Shown: positions 37,684 to 48,545, counted from the stretch's first letter. The stretch is DNA of 64,000 nucleotides from Candidatus Omnitrophota bacterium (GCA_043732705.1 JAYTHE010000002.1:127608-191607); one strand, 5' to 3'. Translations and numbers: made by a program. Notes: generated from the sequence alone by a model not told the origin.

Positions 37684-40600
37684 TTGGCGTATATACAGGT
37701 TAAAGTGGATCAAAAAGTCCTAAAAGCAATAAAAGAGCGTATTCTCATCCTCGACGGAGCGATGGGAACCATGATTCAGCGTTATAAGCTCGGTGAATCC
37801 GACTATCGCGGCAGTACCTACAAAAACCATGCCCACCCACTGAAGGGCAACAATGATGCACTGAGTGTGTCCCAGCCGCAAATCATTGAGGAGATTCATC
37901 TTAAGTACCTTGAAGCGGGTGCAGATATCATCGAAACGAACACTTTTAATGCCACCCGTATTTCGATGGCAGATTACCATTTTGAAGCAGAAGTCAGAAA
38001 ATTGAATCTTGAAAGCGCGCGGGTTGCCCGTCTTGCGGCCGATAAAATGACGGCCAAAACACCGCATAAACCCCGTTTTGTTGCTGGAGCTGTTGGGCCA
38101 ACCAGCAAAACCGCGTCACTTTCACCCAAAGTCAGTGACCCCGGCTATCGCGCCGTCACTTTTGATGACCTTGTTGCCTCCTATGCCGAGCAAATCGAGG
38201 CTTTGATCGAAGGCGGTGTCGACATGCTTTTGATCGAAACCGTTTTTGATACTTTGAATTCCAAAGCCGCAATTTTTGCCGCGCAGCAAACTTTTCAAAA
38301 AGCAGGTAAGACCTTGCCGTTGCTTGTGAGCGGCACAATCACAGATAAAAGCGGACGCACACTTTCCGGACAAACCACCGAAGCTTTTTGGAATTCGATT
38401 TCACATGGCAATTTGCTTTGCGCCGGTTTGAATTGCGCCTTGGGAGCGCAAGAGCTCGAACCTTATATTAAAGAAATGGCGCGCGTCGCAACTTGTTACG
38501 TTTCAGTTTATCCCAACGCGGGATTGCCGAATCAATTTGGCGAATATGATGAAACACCGGAGCAAACCGCGGCCTTCATCAAACCATGGGCGCAAAAAGG
38601 CTATATCAATTTAATCGGCGGATGCTGCGGCACTACGCCCGAACATATCGCGGCAATGGCTAAAGCGGTTGAAGGCTGTAAGCCGCGCCAGCTTCCGAAC
38701 TCCGATCATCTCACGCATCTCAGCGGACTTGAGCCCGTCACTTTGCGCCCTGAAATCGCATTTGTGAATATTGGTGAACGTACGAATGTAACCGGTTCGC
38801 CAAAGTTCATGAAATTTATCAAAGAAGGTAATTGGGAAGAAGCGCTGAAGATTGCAAAACAGCAGGTTGAGTCCGGCGCGATGATTATTGATATCAATAT
38901 GGATGAAGGCTTGCTGGATTCTGAAGCGTTGATGACGCAATTCATGAATCTTGTTGCCTCCGAGCCGGAAATTTCAAAAGTTCCGATCATGGTTGACAGT
39001 TCCAAATGGTCCGTGATTGAAGCCGGCCTCAAATGTATGCAGGGCCGCGGCATCGTTAATTCGATTTCTTTGAAAGAAGGCGAAGCGGAATTGATTCGCC
39101 GCGCGAAACTCATTCGTAGCTATGGCGCCGCGATGGTGCTGATGGCGTTTAATGAGCAGGGACAAGCGGATACTTATGAAAAGCGCACGAGTATTTTGAC
39201 GCGTTCATTTAAAATTTTGACTGAGCAGGCGAATATTGCACCCGAAGATATTTTCTTTGACCCGAACGTTTTACCGATTGGTACGGGATTGGAAGAGCAT
39301 GCAAATTATGCCGTCGATTTTATCGAAACCTGTAAGTACTTAAAAAATCTTTCGCCCCGCAGTCATATTACGGGCGGCATCAGTAATTTGTCTTTTGGTT
39401 TTCGCGGTAAAAATGAAATTCGCGAAGCGATTCACGCCGTTTTTCTTTATCATGCGATTAAAGCGGGACTCGACTCAGGCATTGTGAATCCGGGATTGCT
39501 GCGCGTTTACAGTGATGTTCCGAAAGACCTGCTCGACCTTTCCGAAGACTTGGTTTTAAACCGCAACCCGAATGCCACCGAAGCGCTTTTAAAATACGCC
39601 GAAACGCATTCCGAGGAAAAGAAAGATCCTGCCAAAGTTTTGGAGTGGCGTACCAAGCCCGTGCGCGAACGTTTAACGCATGCACTCGTGAACGGCATTG
39701 CCGACTTTGTTGAGCCTGATTTAGATGAGGTGATTCCGCTTTATCCCGCGGCGCTTGAAATTATCGAAGGCCCGCTGATGGACGGAATGAAGATCGTGGG
39801 CGATTTATTTGGCGAAGGAAAAATGTTTTTGCCTCAGGTTGTGAAAAGCGCGCGTGTCATGAAAAAAGCTGTGGCGCATTTAACGCCATTGATTGAAGCG
39901 CAAAAGAAAAAAGGTTCGACAATCGGCAAAGTGATTATGGCGACGGTGAAAGGCGATGTGCATGATATCGGTAAAAATATCGTCGGCGTTGTGCTCGGTT
40001 GCAATGGTTATGACATTGTTGACCTCGGCGTAATGGTGCCGCTTGAAAAAATCCTGGAAGAAGCCGCGAAACAAAAAGCGGATATTATCGGTTTGTCGGG
40101 GTTGATTACGCCTTCGCTCGATGAAATGGTCTATGTCGCGCAGGAAATGGAATCGCGTAAACTCAAAACACCGTTATTGATTGGCGGAGCGACAACTTCA
40201 GAACGCCACACGGCTGTAAAGATTGATCCAATGTATTCAGGCCCTGTGATTCACGTGACGGATGCATCCAGAAGCGTGGGTGTTTGCCAGGAATTACTCA
40301 GCGAAAGCCGACGTGACGCGTATTCCGCGACATTCAAAACTAAATACGCGAAACTGCGTTCTGATTTCGAAAAAAATAGAGGTAAGATCCAACTCCGTAC
40401 GCTAGAAGACGCGCGCGCGAACGGTTGGAAAGGCGATTGGTTGCATGCCGAAGCGGGGCATACCTGTGATATTCATAAATCGCCGCTCATTACAAAACCA
40501 AGCTGGCTTGGCGTGAAAGCATTTCATGACTGGGATTTAAAAGAAATCCGAAAATATATTGATTGGACGCCATTTTTTCAAACCTGGGAATTGATGGGGA

Positions 40601-41400
40601 AATATCCGGCCATTTTCGAAGATAAAGTCATCGGAGTTGAAGCTAAAAAACTTTTTGACGACGCGCAGGAAATGCTCGAGATCATGGTTGAAGAAAAATG
40701 GGTGAGCGCACATGCCGCGATTGGATTTTTCCCCGCTGCGCGCGAAGGCGACGACATCGAGCTGTTCGAGGACGATACGCATAAAAAGATCGTCGAAACT
40801 TTTTGCACTTTGCGCCAACAGGGCGTGGTGAATGGCATTCCGAATTTTGCGCTTGCGGACTTCATTGCACCGAAAGAAACAGGCGTAAAAGATTACATGG
40901 GATTTTTTGTTTCAACTGCGGGTGTGGGACTTGAAAAACACGTTGAGCGTTTTGAAAAAGATCATGACGATTACAAATCAATTCTCGTCAAAGCCTTGAC
41001 TGACCGCTTTGCTGAAGCGTTTGCGGAAGTGTTGCATGAGAAAGTCCGTCGCGAATGGTGGGGCTATGCCAAGAATGAGAGATTCACAACCGAACAGCTG
41101 ATTAAAGAAGAATATGACGGCATCCGTCCCGCGCCCGGTTATCCCGCCTGCCCTGAACATACCGAAAAAGCCAAGCTCTTCAAACTTCTTGACGGAGAAA
41201 AAAACACCGGCGTGAAATTGACCGAGAATTTCGCGATGTGGCCCGCGTCTTCAGTTTCTGGTTTTTATTTCGCTCATCCTGAATCGAAATATTTCGCGGT
41301 GGGTAAAATAAACAAAGACCAAATCGAAGATTATGCCCGTCGTAAAGGTATGCCGGTTAAAGAAGTTGAGCGTTGGCTTAGTCCGTATTTAGCGTATTAA
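37684..41400 (+). CDS. metH: B12-dependent methionine synthase
   Basis: [42 protein letters not shown]. Confidence 0.97.
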   Translation: MAYIQVKVDQKVLKAIKERILILDGAMGTMIQRYKLGESDYRGSTYKNHAHPLKGNNDALSVSQPQIIEEIHLKYLEAGADIIETNTFNATRISMADYHFEAEVRKLNLESARVARLAADKMTAKTPHKPRFVAGAVGPTSKTASLSPKVSDPGYRAVTFDDLVASYAEQIEALIEGGVDMLLIETVFDTLNSKAAIFAAQQTFQKAGKTLPLLVSGTITDKSGRTLSGQTTEAFWNSISHGNLLCAGLNCALGAQELEPYIKEMARVATCYVSVYPNAGLPNQFGEYDETPEQTAAFIKPWAQKGYINLIGGCCGTTPEHIAAMAKAVEGCKPRQLPNSDHLTHLSGLEPVTLRPEIAFVNIGERTNVTGSPKFMKFIKEGNWEEALKIAKQQVESGAMIIDINMDEGLLDSEALMTQFMNLVASEPEISKVPIMVDSSKWSVIEAGLKCMQGRGIVNSISLKEGEAELIRRAKLIRSYGAAMVLMAFNEQGQADTYEKRTSILTRSFKILTEQANIAPEDIFFDPNVLPIGTGLEEHANYAVDFIETCKYLKNLSPRSHITGGISNLSFGFRGKNEIREAIHAVFLYHAIKAGLDSGIVNPGLLRVYSDVPKDLLDLSEDLVLNRNPNATEALLKYAETHSEEKKDPAKVLEWRTKPVRERLTHALVNGIADFVEPDLDEVIPLYPAALEIIEGPLMDGMKIVGDLFGEGKMFLPQVVKSARVMKKAVAHLTPLIEAQKKKGSTIGKVIMATVKGDVHDIGKNIVGVVLGCNGYDIVDLGVMVPLEKILEEAAKQKADIIGLSGLITPSLDEMVYVAQEMESRKLKTPLLIGGATTSERHTAVKIDPMYSGPVIHVTDASRSVGVCQELLSESRRDAYSATFKTKYAKLRSDFEKNRGKIQLRTLEDARANGWKGDWLHAEAGHTCDIHKSPLITKPSWLGVKAFHDWDLKEIRKYIDWTPFFQTWELMGKYPAIFEDKVIGVEAKKLFDDAQEMLEIMVEEKWVSAHAAIGFFPAAREGDDIELFEDDTHKKIVETFCTLRQQGVVNGIPNFALADFIAPKETGVKDYMGFFVSTAGVGLEKHVERFEKDHDDYKSILVKALTDRFAEAFAEVLHEKVRREWWGYAKNERFTTEQLIKEEYDGIRPAPGYPACPEHTEKAKLFKLLDGEKNTGVKLTENFAMWPASSVSGFYFAHPESKYFAVGKINKDQIEDYARRKGMPVKEVERWLSPYLAY

Positions 41401-41402
41401 GA

Positions 41403-41438
41403 AACTCCCGGAGGTCGGCGAGCTGATCTCCGGGAGTT
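41403..41438. repeat. GC-rich hairpin after metH (REP-like or terminator)
   Basis: AACTCCCGGAGGTCGGC / GCTGATCTCCGGGAGTT. Confidence 0.7.
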
Positions 41439-41487
41439 GATATGGTTGGTTCTGTCATTGCGAGCGTAGCGAAGCAATCTAGGTTCG

Positions 41488-41702
41488 GCTCAATTAATTT
41501 ATTGGTTCTCTCAAATTAAAAAGCTTAGTCTACTCAGGCAGCTGCGTCCTGACGGCGCAGAACTCGCATCCTAAGAATTTTAATTTGAGTCATTGCGCAA
41601 AGAGGAGTGGAGGCTTTGCGATATGGCCTCTGGCCAATCGCCTCTCTGAATCGGCTGAAGCCGATCTGATTTTTTTACTCTTCTATAAGTGCGTGGTTGA
41701 GT
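41488..41702 (+). repeat. family V element, medium form
   Basis: CTCAAATTAAAA/TTTTAATTTGAG stem around CTCAGGCAG..AACTCG, then CATTGCGC..branched arm..TGCGTGG. Confidence 0.65.
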
Positions 41703-41787
41703 AATACATTTCACAAAGTGCTTTTAGAATGCTTCGGATTTGACATTGAACTTAAATGCGATCTTCATTGATATTGGAGTGAACAAA

Positions 41788-42219
41788 ATGAAAAAAATAG
41801 TATATTTAGTAGGTTTTGTTGCCGTCATTTCATCGTTTGCGTGGGCCTCGCAGGAAGGCGCCTTGGCATTATCAACATTCTCGCTTGAGTCTAATGGAAT
41901 TGGAGAATCAGGCGCCGTTGAAGTGAAAGGGACTATCTCCGAAAACAAAGAGGTAACTGCTCTTTCCGTAAATGCGTTTGGAAAAACATACATTGTCCCT
42001 GCTGAAAAATTATCAAAAATTCAAAATGGATTTTATAACGGTATCCAATTGTCTTATGAAGCAGGATATAAGGAGCTTGGCGGCAAAACTATTTATATTG
42101 TTTTGCAATCTGGATTCACTTCGGGAGTTACCCAGAGAATTATGATTTCATTAACTGAAAGCGGCACAATCGAAATAGAAAGTCTGACGCCGCTAGACCG
42201 GAAATCGGAGCATTTATAA
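41788..42219 (+). CDS. hypothetical secreted protein
   Basis: GGAG RBS; signal peptide ending AWA; lower GC than neighbours by eye. Confidence 0.75.
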   Translation: MKKIVYLVGFVAVISSFAWASQEGALALSTFSLESNGIGESGAVEVKGTISENKEVTALSVNAFGKTYIVPAEKLSKIQNGFYNGIQLSYEAGYKELGGKTIYIVLQSGFTSGVTQRIMISLTESGTIEIESLTPLDRKSEHL

Positions 42220-42281
42220 AAGTGCCGGGCCAAAAAAGAAAACGGAAACCGGACGCCGTCCGGCGGGGAGGGGTTAGGTAA

Positions 42282-42674
42282 ATGAATTCAAAAATTGCTC
42301 ACGAAACGACGGTGTTGGCATTCGAAGGCAAAATCAGTTTCGGCGAAGTGGTGATGAAGCTGATCGAAATTGGTGTTGAGCGTTATCATGCGGATTTGGT
42401 GACGCTTCAAAAAACTTTTTACGGGAAAGACGGCGGTATTCATATTGAAAAGCTTACTTTGAAGGATGTGCCGCAAGTTGCGAGTGAGTTTGATGCGGAG
42501 ACGGTGCGCGGGACAATCAAAATGGCTCAGCAGGGGAAAATTCATTATCCCGAATTTTTAGAAAAAGTGATGAAAGCCGGATGCTCACATTATGATGTGT
42601 ATATCGACGGCAAGCAGGTGATTTATTCCGGCCGCAAAGGCAATTTTCATATCGAAAAGTTTCCACAAAAATAA
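42282..42674 (+). CDS. DUF1398 family protein
   Basis: GVERY.AD, QQGKI.YPEF...AGC..Y, HIEKFP. Confidence 0.8.
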   Translation: MNSKIAHETTVLAFEGKISFGEVVMKLIEIGVERYHADLVTLQKTFYGKDGGIHIEKLTLKDVPQVASEFDAETVRGTIKMAQQGKIHYPEFLEKVMKAGCSHYDVYIDGKQVIYSGRKGNFHIEKFPQK

Positions 42675-42716
42675 AAAATCAGAACACTTCTAAAAACACC
42701 GAAGTGAATTAATAAA

Positions 42717-44102
42717 ATGACAGCTAATAGTTCTCAAAATCCGGCGGCGGCGAACTTCAACGAGGCGTTTGTCCGCAAGCTGGCGGTTTTTCAAAAAGCC
42801 GTAGGAATTGGCATGATTATGGTTCCCGGCGGTGTTTTGTGGGGTTGGCAGACTGATAATTCTGCGCTTAAAAGTATTTTGCCGAATATTGTTGTCATGA
42901 ATCCGGTATCGGCTGTTAATTTTATTCTAGCGGCTTTTTCACTTTTGCTGCTTCAGCCTTCCGTTTCATTGCAATGGCGCAGAGCGGGAAAATTTCTGGC
43001 TTCCGTCGTTGCTTTTGTCGGTTTAACCCGGCTTATCAGTTATATTTTCAGTTTTGAAACCGGCATCGATCAGATTTTTTTTAAAGCCAAGCTGCTCGGT
43101 AACCATATGGCTCCCAATTCAGCGGCAAATTTTTGCATGCTCGGGTTATCGTTATTCTTTGCGGATTTTGAAACCCGGCACAAGCTCAGACCCAGCCAGA
43201 TCTTAATTTTATTCGTGCTTTTTTCTTCACTGCTGGCCTTCTTGGGATATGTCTATGGCGTGAAAACTTTTTATGAGTTCAGTTCATTTATTCCTATGGC
43301 GCTTAACACCAGCATTTGCTTCATTCTTTTTTCCTTGGCGGTATTTAGTTTGCGGCCCACTGATGGAAATATGCAGATTATTGCAAGTAACAGCATGGGC
43401 GGTCTGCTGAGCCGGAAATTGCTTCCGGCCTGTATTTTAGTTCCGGCACTTTTGGGGCTTTTTGGTCTTTTGGGGCAGCGGTATGGATTTTATGACAAAG
43501 AATTCAGGCTGGTTGTCGTCGTTGTCGGCAATGTCATTATTTTTACCGTGCTCGTTTGGTGGCTTGCGAACGCGCTGCATCGTACCGACTTGAAACGCAA
43601 AGAGGCGGAAGAGCTGATTCATAAGCTTTCTTTGACGGATGAATTGACCGGGCTTTTTAATCGCCGTGGTTTTCAAACGCTTGCTGAACAGCAATTAAAA
43701 GTCGCAAAGCGGGAGAAGACAGGCTTTGCGATTATTTTCGCGGATTTGGACGGCCTTAAAAGTATTAACGATACGTACGGACACGCGGAAGGTGACCGGG
43801 CGCTTGTTGCGGTTGGCTCGATTTTGAAAAAATTATTCCGCAGATCCGACATTCTCGCGCGTTTTGCCGGCGATGAATTTGCAGTGCTCGAGATTGGGAC
43901 GGATCTTAAACAGACGGAAGTTTTTATTGAAAAGCTCAATCAAAGTGTTGCAGCTTTTAACGAAAGAAAAGAATTGTCTTATTCGTTGTCAATCAGTGCG
44001 GGTGTCAGTTATTTCCGCGGAGAAAATACGACAATTGATGCGCTTATGGCGGAAGCTGACCGTCAACTGTATTCCATTAAATATGCCAAGCGCGGGAAAT
44101 AA
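42717..44102 (+). CDS. membrane-bound diguanylate cyclase (AGDEF variant)
   Basis: Multiple TM helices, DELTGLFNRR, INDTYGH..GD, RRSD I-site, RFAGDEF. Confidence 0.9.
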   Translation: MTANSSQNPAAANFNEAFVRKLAVFQKAVGIGMIMVPGGVLWGWQTDNSALKSILPNIVVMNPVSAVNFILAAFSLLLLQPSVSLQWRRAGKFLASVVAFVGLTRLISYIFSFETGIDQIFFKAKLLGNHMAPNSAANFCMLGLSLFFADFETRHKLRPSQILILFVLFSSLLAFLGYVYGVKTFYEFSSFIPMALNTSICFILFSLAVFSLRPTDGNMQIIASNSMGGLLSRKLLPACILVPALLGLFGLLGQRYGFYDKEFRLVVVVVGNVIIFTVLVWWLANALHRTDLKRKEAEELIHKLSLTDELTGLFNRRGFQTLAEQQLKVAKREKTGFAIIFADLDGLKSINDTYGHAEGDRALVAVGSILKKLFRRSDILARFAGDEFAVLEIGTDLKQTEVFIEKLNQSVAAFNERKELSYSLSISAGVSYFRGENTTIDALMAEADRQLYSIKYAKRGK

Positions 44103-44189
44103 TTTTCTGATAAATATCACAGCAGTTTGAGTGTTTCTAAAAAGCAGAAATCAGAACCTTCCTAAAGGTGCCGGGTCTGAAAAGGTGAG

Positions 44190-44290
44190 AGGTTAAATCT
44201 AAAAGCTTAAAGGTTAGCTAATAGGTTTTGGGTTATGCCTGCCTGCCGGCAGGCAGGGTTTTGACCTTTAACCGTTAAGATTTGGGCTAA
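44190..44290. repeat. family H element with nested 20-bp palindrome CCTGCCTGCCGGCAGGCAGG (44238-44257)
   Basis: Alignment to the 31224 copy shows the palindrome as extra sequence. Confidence 0.8.
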
Positions 44291-44479
44291 ATTGGTTTCC
44301 GCTAGAAAAAAAGTTAAGAAAAGTTTTTTGCGAAGTAGGTTAGTCAGGCAAACCCTGAATCTGCGCAAAAAGCTAGCCGTGCGTTGATCTCCCAGGTCAA
44401 CGGGTCTATGATGAATCTGTTAGCCCCCGCACACAATACCGCGGTGTTTTGATCGGTCATTTATCACCGAAGGTCTTAT

Positions 44480-46228
44480 ATGAAAACCATCTTGCGGATT
44501 ATGCTCGCGCTATTTTTATCAGTTGTTTTGACTTTCAATCCCGCTTTTGCGCAGGAAAGAACCTGTGACCGGACAAATGCTCCGGTAATCAGTTTTGAGG
44601 CCTTAGAAAATAAACCAGCTGCGAAATTGCCGGCCGAACCTGTTGATTTTCTAGCGGAGTCTTCACCGCTTTCTCAACCTCGTTCCGCTGCTTCGGGCAG
44701 CATCGATGTTTTAGAAACGGCGCAAGCGGGAAGCTCAAATTTAACGGCTGGCGCAACGGCAACGGTCTCCGCGATTCCGACTTATAGTAAATGGCTCACG
44801 GATACGGTGACCTGGGGCATTGATTACGCCAGCATTGATCAGTACTACCAAACCGCGACGGCGACAACCGCAGAACATAAAGAAGCCGGTTTTTTTCAAA
44901 CGATCAAACAGGCCTTTACGGAGTGGGCAAAATATATTCCGCTGACTTTTCAGGAAGTCGCGGTGAATACCGCTCAAATCATGTTCACCGTTTTAAGCGC
45001 ACAACAGTTTGACGTTAATTTGGGCACGCCGAATAACGCTATTGCTTACGCGTACTATCCGCTCGGCGGCGATGTTTATCTCGACGGAGACCGCCAATAT
45101 AGCTTGCCGGCTGTTGTAACGGGCGGTGTGAGTTACAGTGCGATGACGGCCGGGATTGATATTTTGACAGTTTTCGTACATGAAATCGGGCACTCCTTGG
45201 GTATTGGACATGCAGAGACAGACAGCACTTCCGTCATGTATCCCTATATCAGCGGCCCAAAAACGACAATCGTTTCCACTGATCCCGCTGTTGCCGCAGT
45301 TCAGTCCTTATATGGTGCCGGAGTGGGTAGTGTAAAAACAATTGGTCCGCCACCGTCTGATTTTACAGGGATTGCCGCGGGTTTAACTTTGAGTGGTACA
45401 GTGAATGTCGGTCCAAATCTGACTCTGCATCCGGACATCAAAAAAGTGGCTTACTATTTGGATGGTGCCAGATCCGGCAAAGTTTATTTTGCGCCATTTT
45501 ATTGGGGGGGTGTGAACGGAACGGGGACAGGCGGATTTGATACGCGGACGCTAGCAAATGGCAGTTACAAGCTCGGCATCACTTATACCGACAGTACCGG
45601 TGATCACACGACGGAAATTAATTTTAACGTGAATAATCCGATCGCAACGGTACAGCCCAAATTAATCGGGATCGCGGCGGATGGTGTCGTTAGCGGAAAT
45701 ATCCTTGTAAGCCCCGATCCGGTGACATTCGGAACGATTCAAAAAGCGGAATATTTTGTGGACGGAGTCAGTAAAGGAATTTCAACGGTTTCGCCTTTTA
45801 CATGGAACGGCGCGCAGGGATTTGATACGAAAACAATCACGAATGGAGCGCATACTTTGCGGTCGGTGATTACCGACAATAACGGCGTGCATGAAATCAG
45901 CTTGAATTTCAGCGTTAGTAATTTAGTCGTGCCACCGACGGGAACAGATTTTGTGGGCGTTATTGACGCTGCGGTTTTAAACGGAATAGTCAGTATCGGC
46001 CCGAATCTTAGCCTGCACCCGGGTGTGAAAAAAGCGGCATACTATTTAAACGGAACCAAATCCGGCAAAGTTTATTCCGCGCCATTTTATTGGGGCGGTG
46101 TGAATGGAACGGGGATAGGTGGGTTTGATACACGAACCCTTGCAAACGGAAATTATACGTTCAGCATGACTTACACCGATAGTGCCGGGGATCACACCGC
46201 GACCGTATCCTTTACAGTCAATAATTAG
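44480..46228 (+). CDS. secreted matrixin (M10-like) metalloprotease with three Ig-like repeats
   Basis: Signal peptide, HEIGHSLGIGH, SVMYP Met-turn, three ~92 aa repeats (FDTRTLANG). Confidence 0.88.
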   Translation: MKTILRIMLALFLSVVLTFNPAFAQERTCDRTNAPVISFEALENKPAAKLPAEPVDFLAESSPLSQPRSAASGSIDVLETAQAGSSNLTAGATATVSAIPTYSKWLTDTVTWGIDYASIDQYYQTATATTAEHKEAGFFQTIKQAFTEWAKYIPLTFQEVAVNTAQIMFTVLSAQQFDVNLGTPNNAIAYAYYPLGGDVYLDGDRQYSLPAVVTGGVSYSAMTAGIDILTVFVHEIGHSLGIGHAETDSTSVMYPYISGPKTTIVSTDPAVAAVQSLYGAGVGSVKTIGPPPSDFTGIAAGLTLSGTVNVGPNLTLHPDIKKVAYYLDGARSGKVYFAPFYWGGVNGTGTGGFDTRTLANGSYKLGITYTDSTGDHTTEINFNVNNPIATVQPKLIGIAADGVVSGNILVSPDPVTFGTIQKAEYFVDGVSKGISTVSPFTWNGAQGFDTKTITNGAHTLRSVITDNNGVHEISLNFSVSNLVVPPTGTDFVGVIDAAVLNGIVSIGPNLSLHPGVKKAAYYLNGTKSGKVYSAPFYWGGVNGTGIGGFDTRTLANGNYTFSMTYTDSAGDHTATVSFTVNN

Positions 46229-46363
46229 TCGTCTCCGCCCCGCCGCGTCACTAAGGAATTATTTCTTTTTTAAAAGAGGCGTTTTCTGGCATATTATTCT
46301 TCTAATGAAGTTGCCAATTATATTTCGACAAGCGCCCGGTATAACCAAAAAGGCAGGTATCAA

Positions 46364-46957
46364 ATGAAATTAATTAAAGCAGTTTTGGTTTTTGTAGTTA
46401 GTTTTGGATTGTTGGTTAGTTCCGCTTTAGCACGTCCGGCGTGGCTGGACAGAAGGCCTAATGAAAAGCAAAGGCAAGAAGCTTTGGAGAATTCGGCGAA
46501 AATTTTAACGAAGTTGTATGAGTCCGAACCTAATGCAAAAACTGCGGTTGAAAAAGCTTATGGGTACGCGACATTCAGCAACTTTGCTACGAAAATAGTT
46601 TTCGTCGGTAGCGGCGGTGGCCGCGGGGTTGCGGTGAATAATAAAACCCAGCAAAAAACTTTTATGAATATGGCGGAAGTTCAAGCGGGTCTTGGGCTTG
46701 GCGTGAAGAGTTATATGCTCATCTGGGTTTTCGAGAATGAGAAGGTCTTTAATGACTTTGTGAATTCCGGTTGGGAATTAGGCGGCCAGGCTTCTGCGGC
46801 CGCAAAAGCGGGCAGCACCGGCGGTGCTTTGCAAGGCGCGATTCAAATCGCTTCGGGTATTTATGTTTATCAGCTGACCAGCTCGGGATTGGCCGTAGAA
46901 TTGACTGCGACAGGCACGAAGTATTACAAAGACAACGACCTTAATAATAAAAAATAA
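46364..46957 (+). CDS. YSC84/SYLF-related lipid-binding protein
   Basis: AYGYATF, GGGRGV, GLGLG, VYQLT..GL, GTKYYKD. Confidence 0.8.
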   Translation: MKLIKAVLVFVVSFGLLVSSALARPAWLDRRPNEKQRQEALENSAKILTKLYESEPNAKTAVEKAYGYATFSNFATKIVFVGSGGGRGVAVNNKTQQKTFMNMAEVQAGLGLGVKSYMLIWVFENEKVFNDFVNSGWELGGQASAAAKAGSTGGALQGAIQIASGIYVYQLTSSGLAVELTATGTKYYKDNDLNNKK

Positions 46958-47015
46958 AAACTGAAAAGACTTCGCTTAACTTCGTTCGCCACAGGTCGAA
47001 TGGGCGGGTAATTAA

Positions 47016-47990
47016 ATGCAATATAAAATCAAATTAGACGCGCTCAACGGCGAAGAGATCGAAATTATCACCGGCTTTTGGAGCGGTAAGAAGCAGGTTT
47101 TCTTCAGGGGCATGCCGCTAGTGCGGGCCAAAGAAAAAAATAAACCGTTTCTCCTAGATTGGAATGGCGGGCAAAAGAAAATTTACCTGCGCATGCTCTA
47201 TCCGGACATGATTCGTAAAATAAAAATCGATGATCAGGAAATCTCCGTGGATAACGGTTTTAGTACAGCCGAGTATGTTGTGGCCTGTTTGCCTCTGTTG
47301 CTTATTTCGTTTGGTGGTGCATTGGGCGGTTTAATCGGAGGCGTCGCGTCTGCGCTGAATATGAAATTACTGAGAGTGATACGGCCTGTTTTTCTGCGTG
47401 TTGTGGCATCATTAGCCGTGACGATAATGGCTCTGATTTTATTTTTATTTTGCGCTGGGGCTTTTCGAGCGGGATTGAATAAAACAGAAGTAAGCTCTTT
47501 GGAGAAAAAAGCCGTCGCAAATCCGCAAAGCCTTGAAACTCAAATTGAATTAATGAAGCGATATTATGCTTCAAGAATGTTTGATAAGCAGCTTGAACAG
47601 TCAAAAAAAATACTCAAAACCCATCCGGAAGAACTCACCGCCTTGGCATTTGAAGCCATGGCTTATTTGGAGACCGGTCAATACACCTTGGCGGTCATGG
47701 GCGCAGAGAAACTTGCGCGGTTGCGTTCGGAAGATTATGCGAGTTTAGTCTTGCTGGGGCAATCTTATGGCGGCGCCGGCCAATATGATCAAGCCGAAGC
47801 GGCTTTGAATAAAGCGATTCAGGTTAATCCTCAGGATTTTCAGGCACATTTTGTTTTAGCGATGCTTTATGTAAGCATGCAACAAAAAGACAAAGCCATG
47901 CAGCAATATGAGGAACTCAAACGTCTTGGAAAAAAATCCGAAGCGGCACAAATCCTCGGCGTTATTAAGCGCGGCAAGCTAGATCCTTAA
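47016..47990 (+). CDS. membrane protein with C-terminal TPR repeats
   Basis: GGALGGLIG TM segment; LGQSY..A..KAIQVNP..AHFVLA. Confidence 0.8.
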   Translation: MQYKIKLDALNGEEIEIITGFWSGKKQVFFRGMPLVRAKEKNKPFLLDWNGGQKKIYLRMLYPDMIRKIKIDDQEISVDNGFSTAEYVVACLPLLLISFGGALGGLIGGVASALNMKLLRVIRPVFLRVVASLAVTIMALILFLFCAGAFRAGLNKTEVSSLEKKAVANPQSLETQIELMKRYYASRMFDKQLEQSKKILKTHPEELTALAFEAMAYLETGQYTLAVMGAEKLARLRSEDYASLVLLGQSYGGAGQYDQAEAALNKAIQVNPQDFQAHFVLAMLYVSMQQKDKAMQQYEELKRLGKKSEAAQILGVIKRGKLDP

Positions 47991-48032
47991 ATAGACCGCA
48001 AAATGATACCAGTACCGGAAGTATCAAATTAA

Positions 48033-48545
48033 ATGATGCGTTTAATTCCCGCCGTTAAAATTTTATTTGCCACGGCGTTTGGAATTTATGCTTTGCGCGG
48101 CGCGTTTTTTCCTCAATCGACTTGGATGCTTGATGGCGCGAATCTTCTTTTCCATGAAGCCGGCCACCCGTTTTTCTTTCTTTTCGGCCGAACAATCGGC
48201 ATGGCTGGCGGAACGATCATGCAGCTTTTAATTCCCGCAGGTTTAGTGATTGCCTTTTTGTATCAGCGCCAACTTTATTCCGCGGGTATTATGCTGCTTT
48301 GGTTCGGCCAAAATTTTTTCGGCATCTCAGTTTATATTCGTGACGCGCGCTCGCAAAATCTGCCGCTTGTCGGTGGAGGTGAACATGATTGGACTTATCT
48401 TTTGGGTAAAGCGGGACTTTTACAGCAAGATCAAGCCATCGGCACCTGGATATGGTTTGCAGGGCTGATTATTGTTGTAACTGCAATGATAATAAGCATT
48501 TATCAAGCCTGGAGCGAATCACATAAAACTACCGTATTAAGTTGA
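48033..48545 (+). CDS. membrane protein with HExxH motif (M50-like)
   Basis: FHEAGH, GGTIMQL, YIRDA, HDW. Confidence 0.75.
   Translation: MMRLIPAVKILFATAFGIYALRGAFFPQSTWMLDGANLLFHEAGHPFFFLFGRTIGMAGGTIMQLLIPAGLVIAFLYQRQLYSAGIMLLWFGQNFFGISVYIRDARSQNLPLVGGGEHDWTYLLGKAGLLQQDQAIGTWIWFAGLIIVVTAMIISIYQAWSESHKTTVLS

Noticed and set aside
44347-44425. c-di-GMP-I riboswitch-like fragments (GGCAAACC..GCAAA..GGGTCTA..TAGCC) upstream of the protease
   Set aside because: No GNRA-capped P2 stem or closing P1 could be built by eye; needs cmscan.
45358-46225. DNA repeats as possible CRISPR or DGR template/variable repeats
   Set aside because: In-frame domain duplication with many third-position differences; no reverse transcriptase or cas genes and no spacer periodicity.
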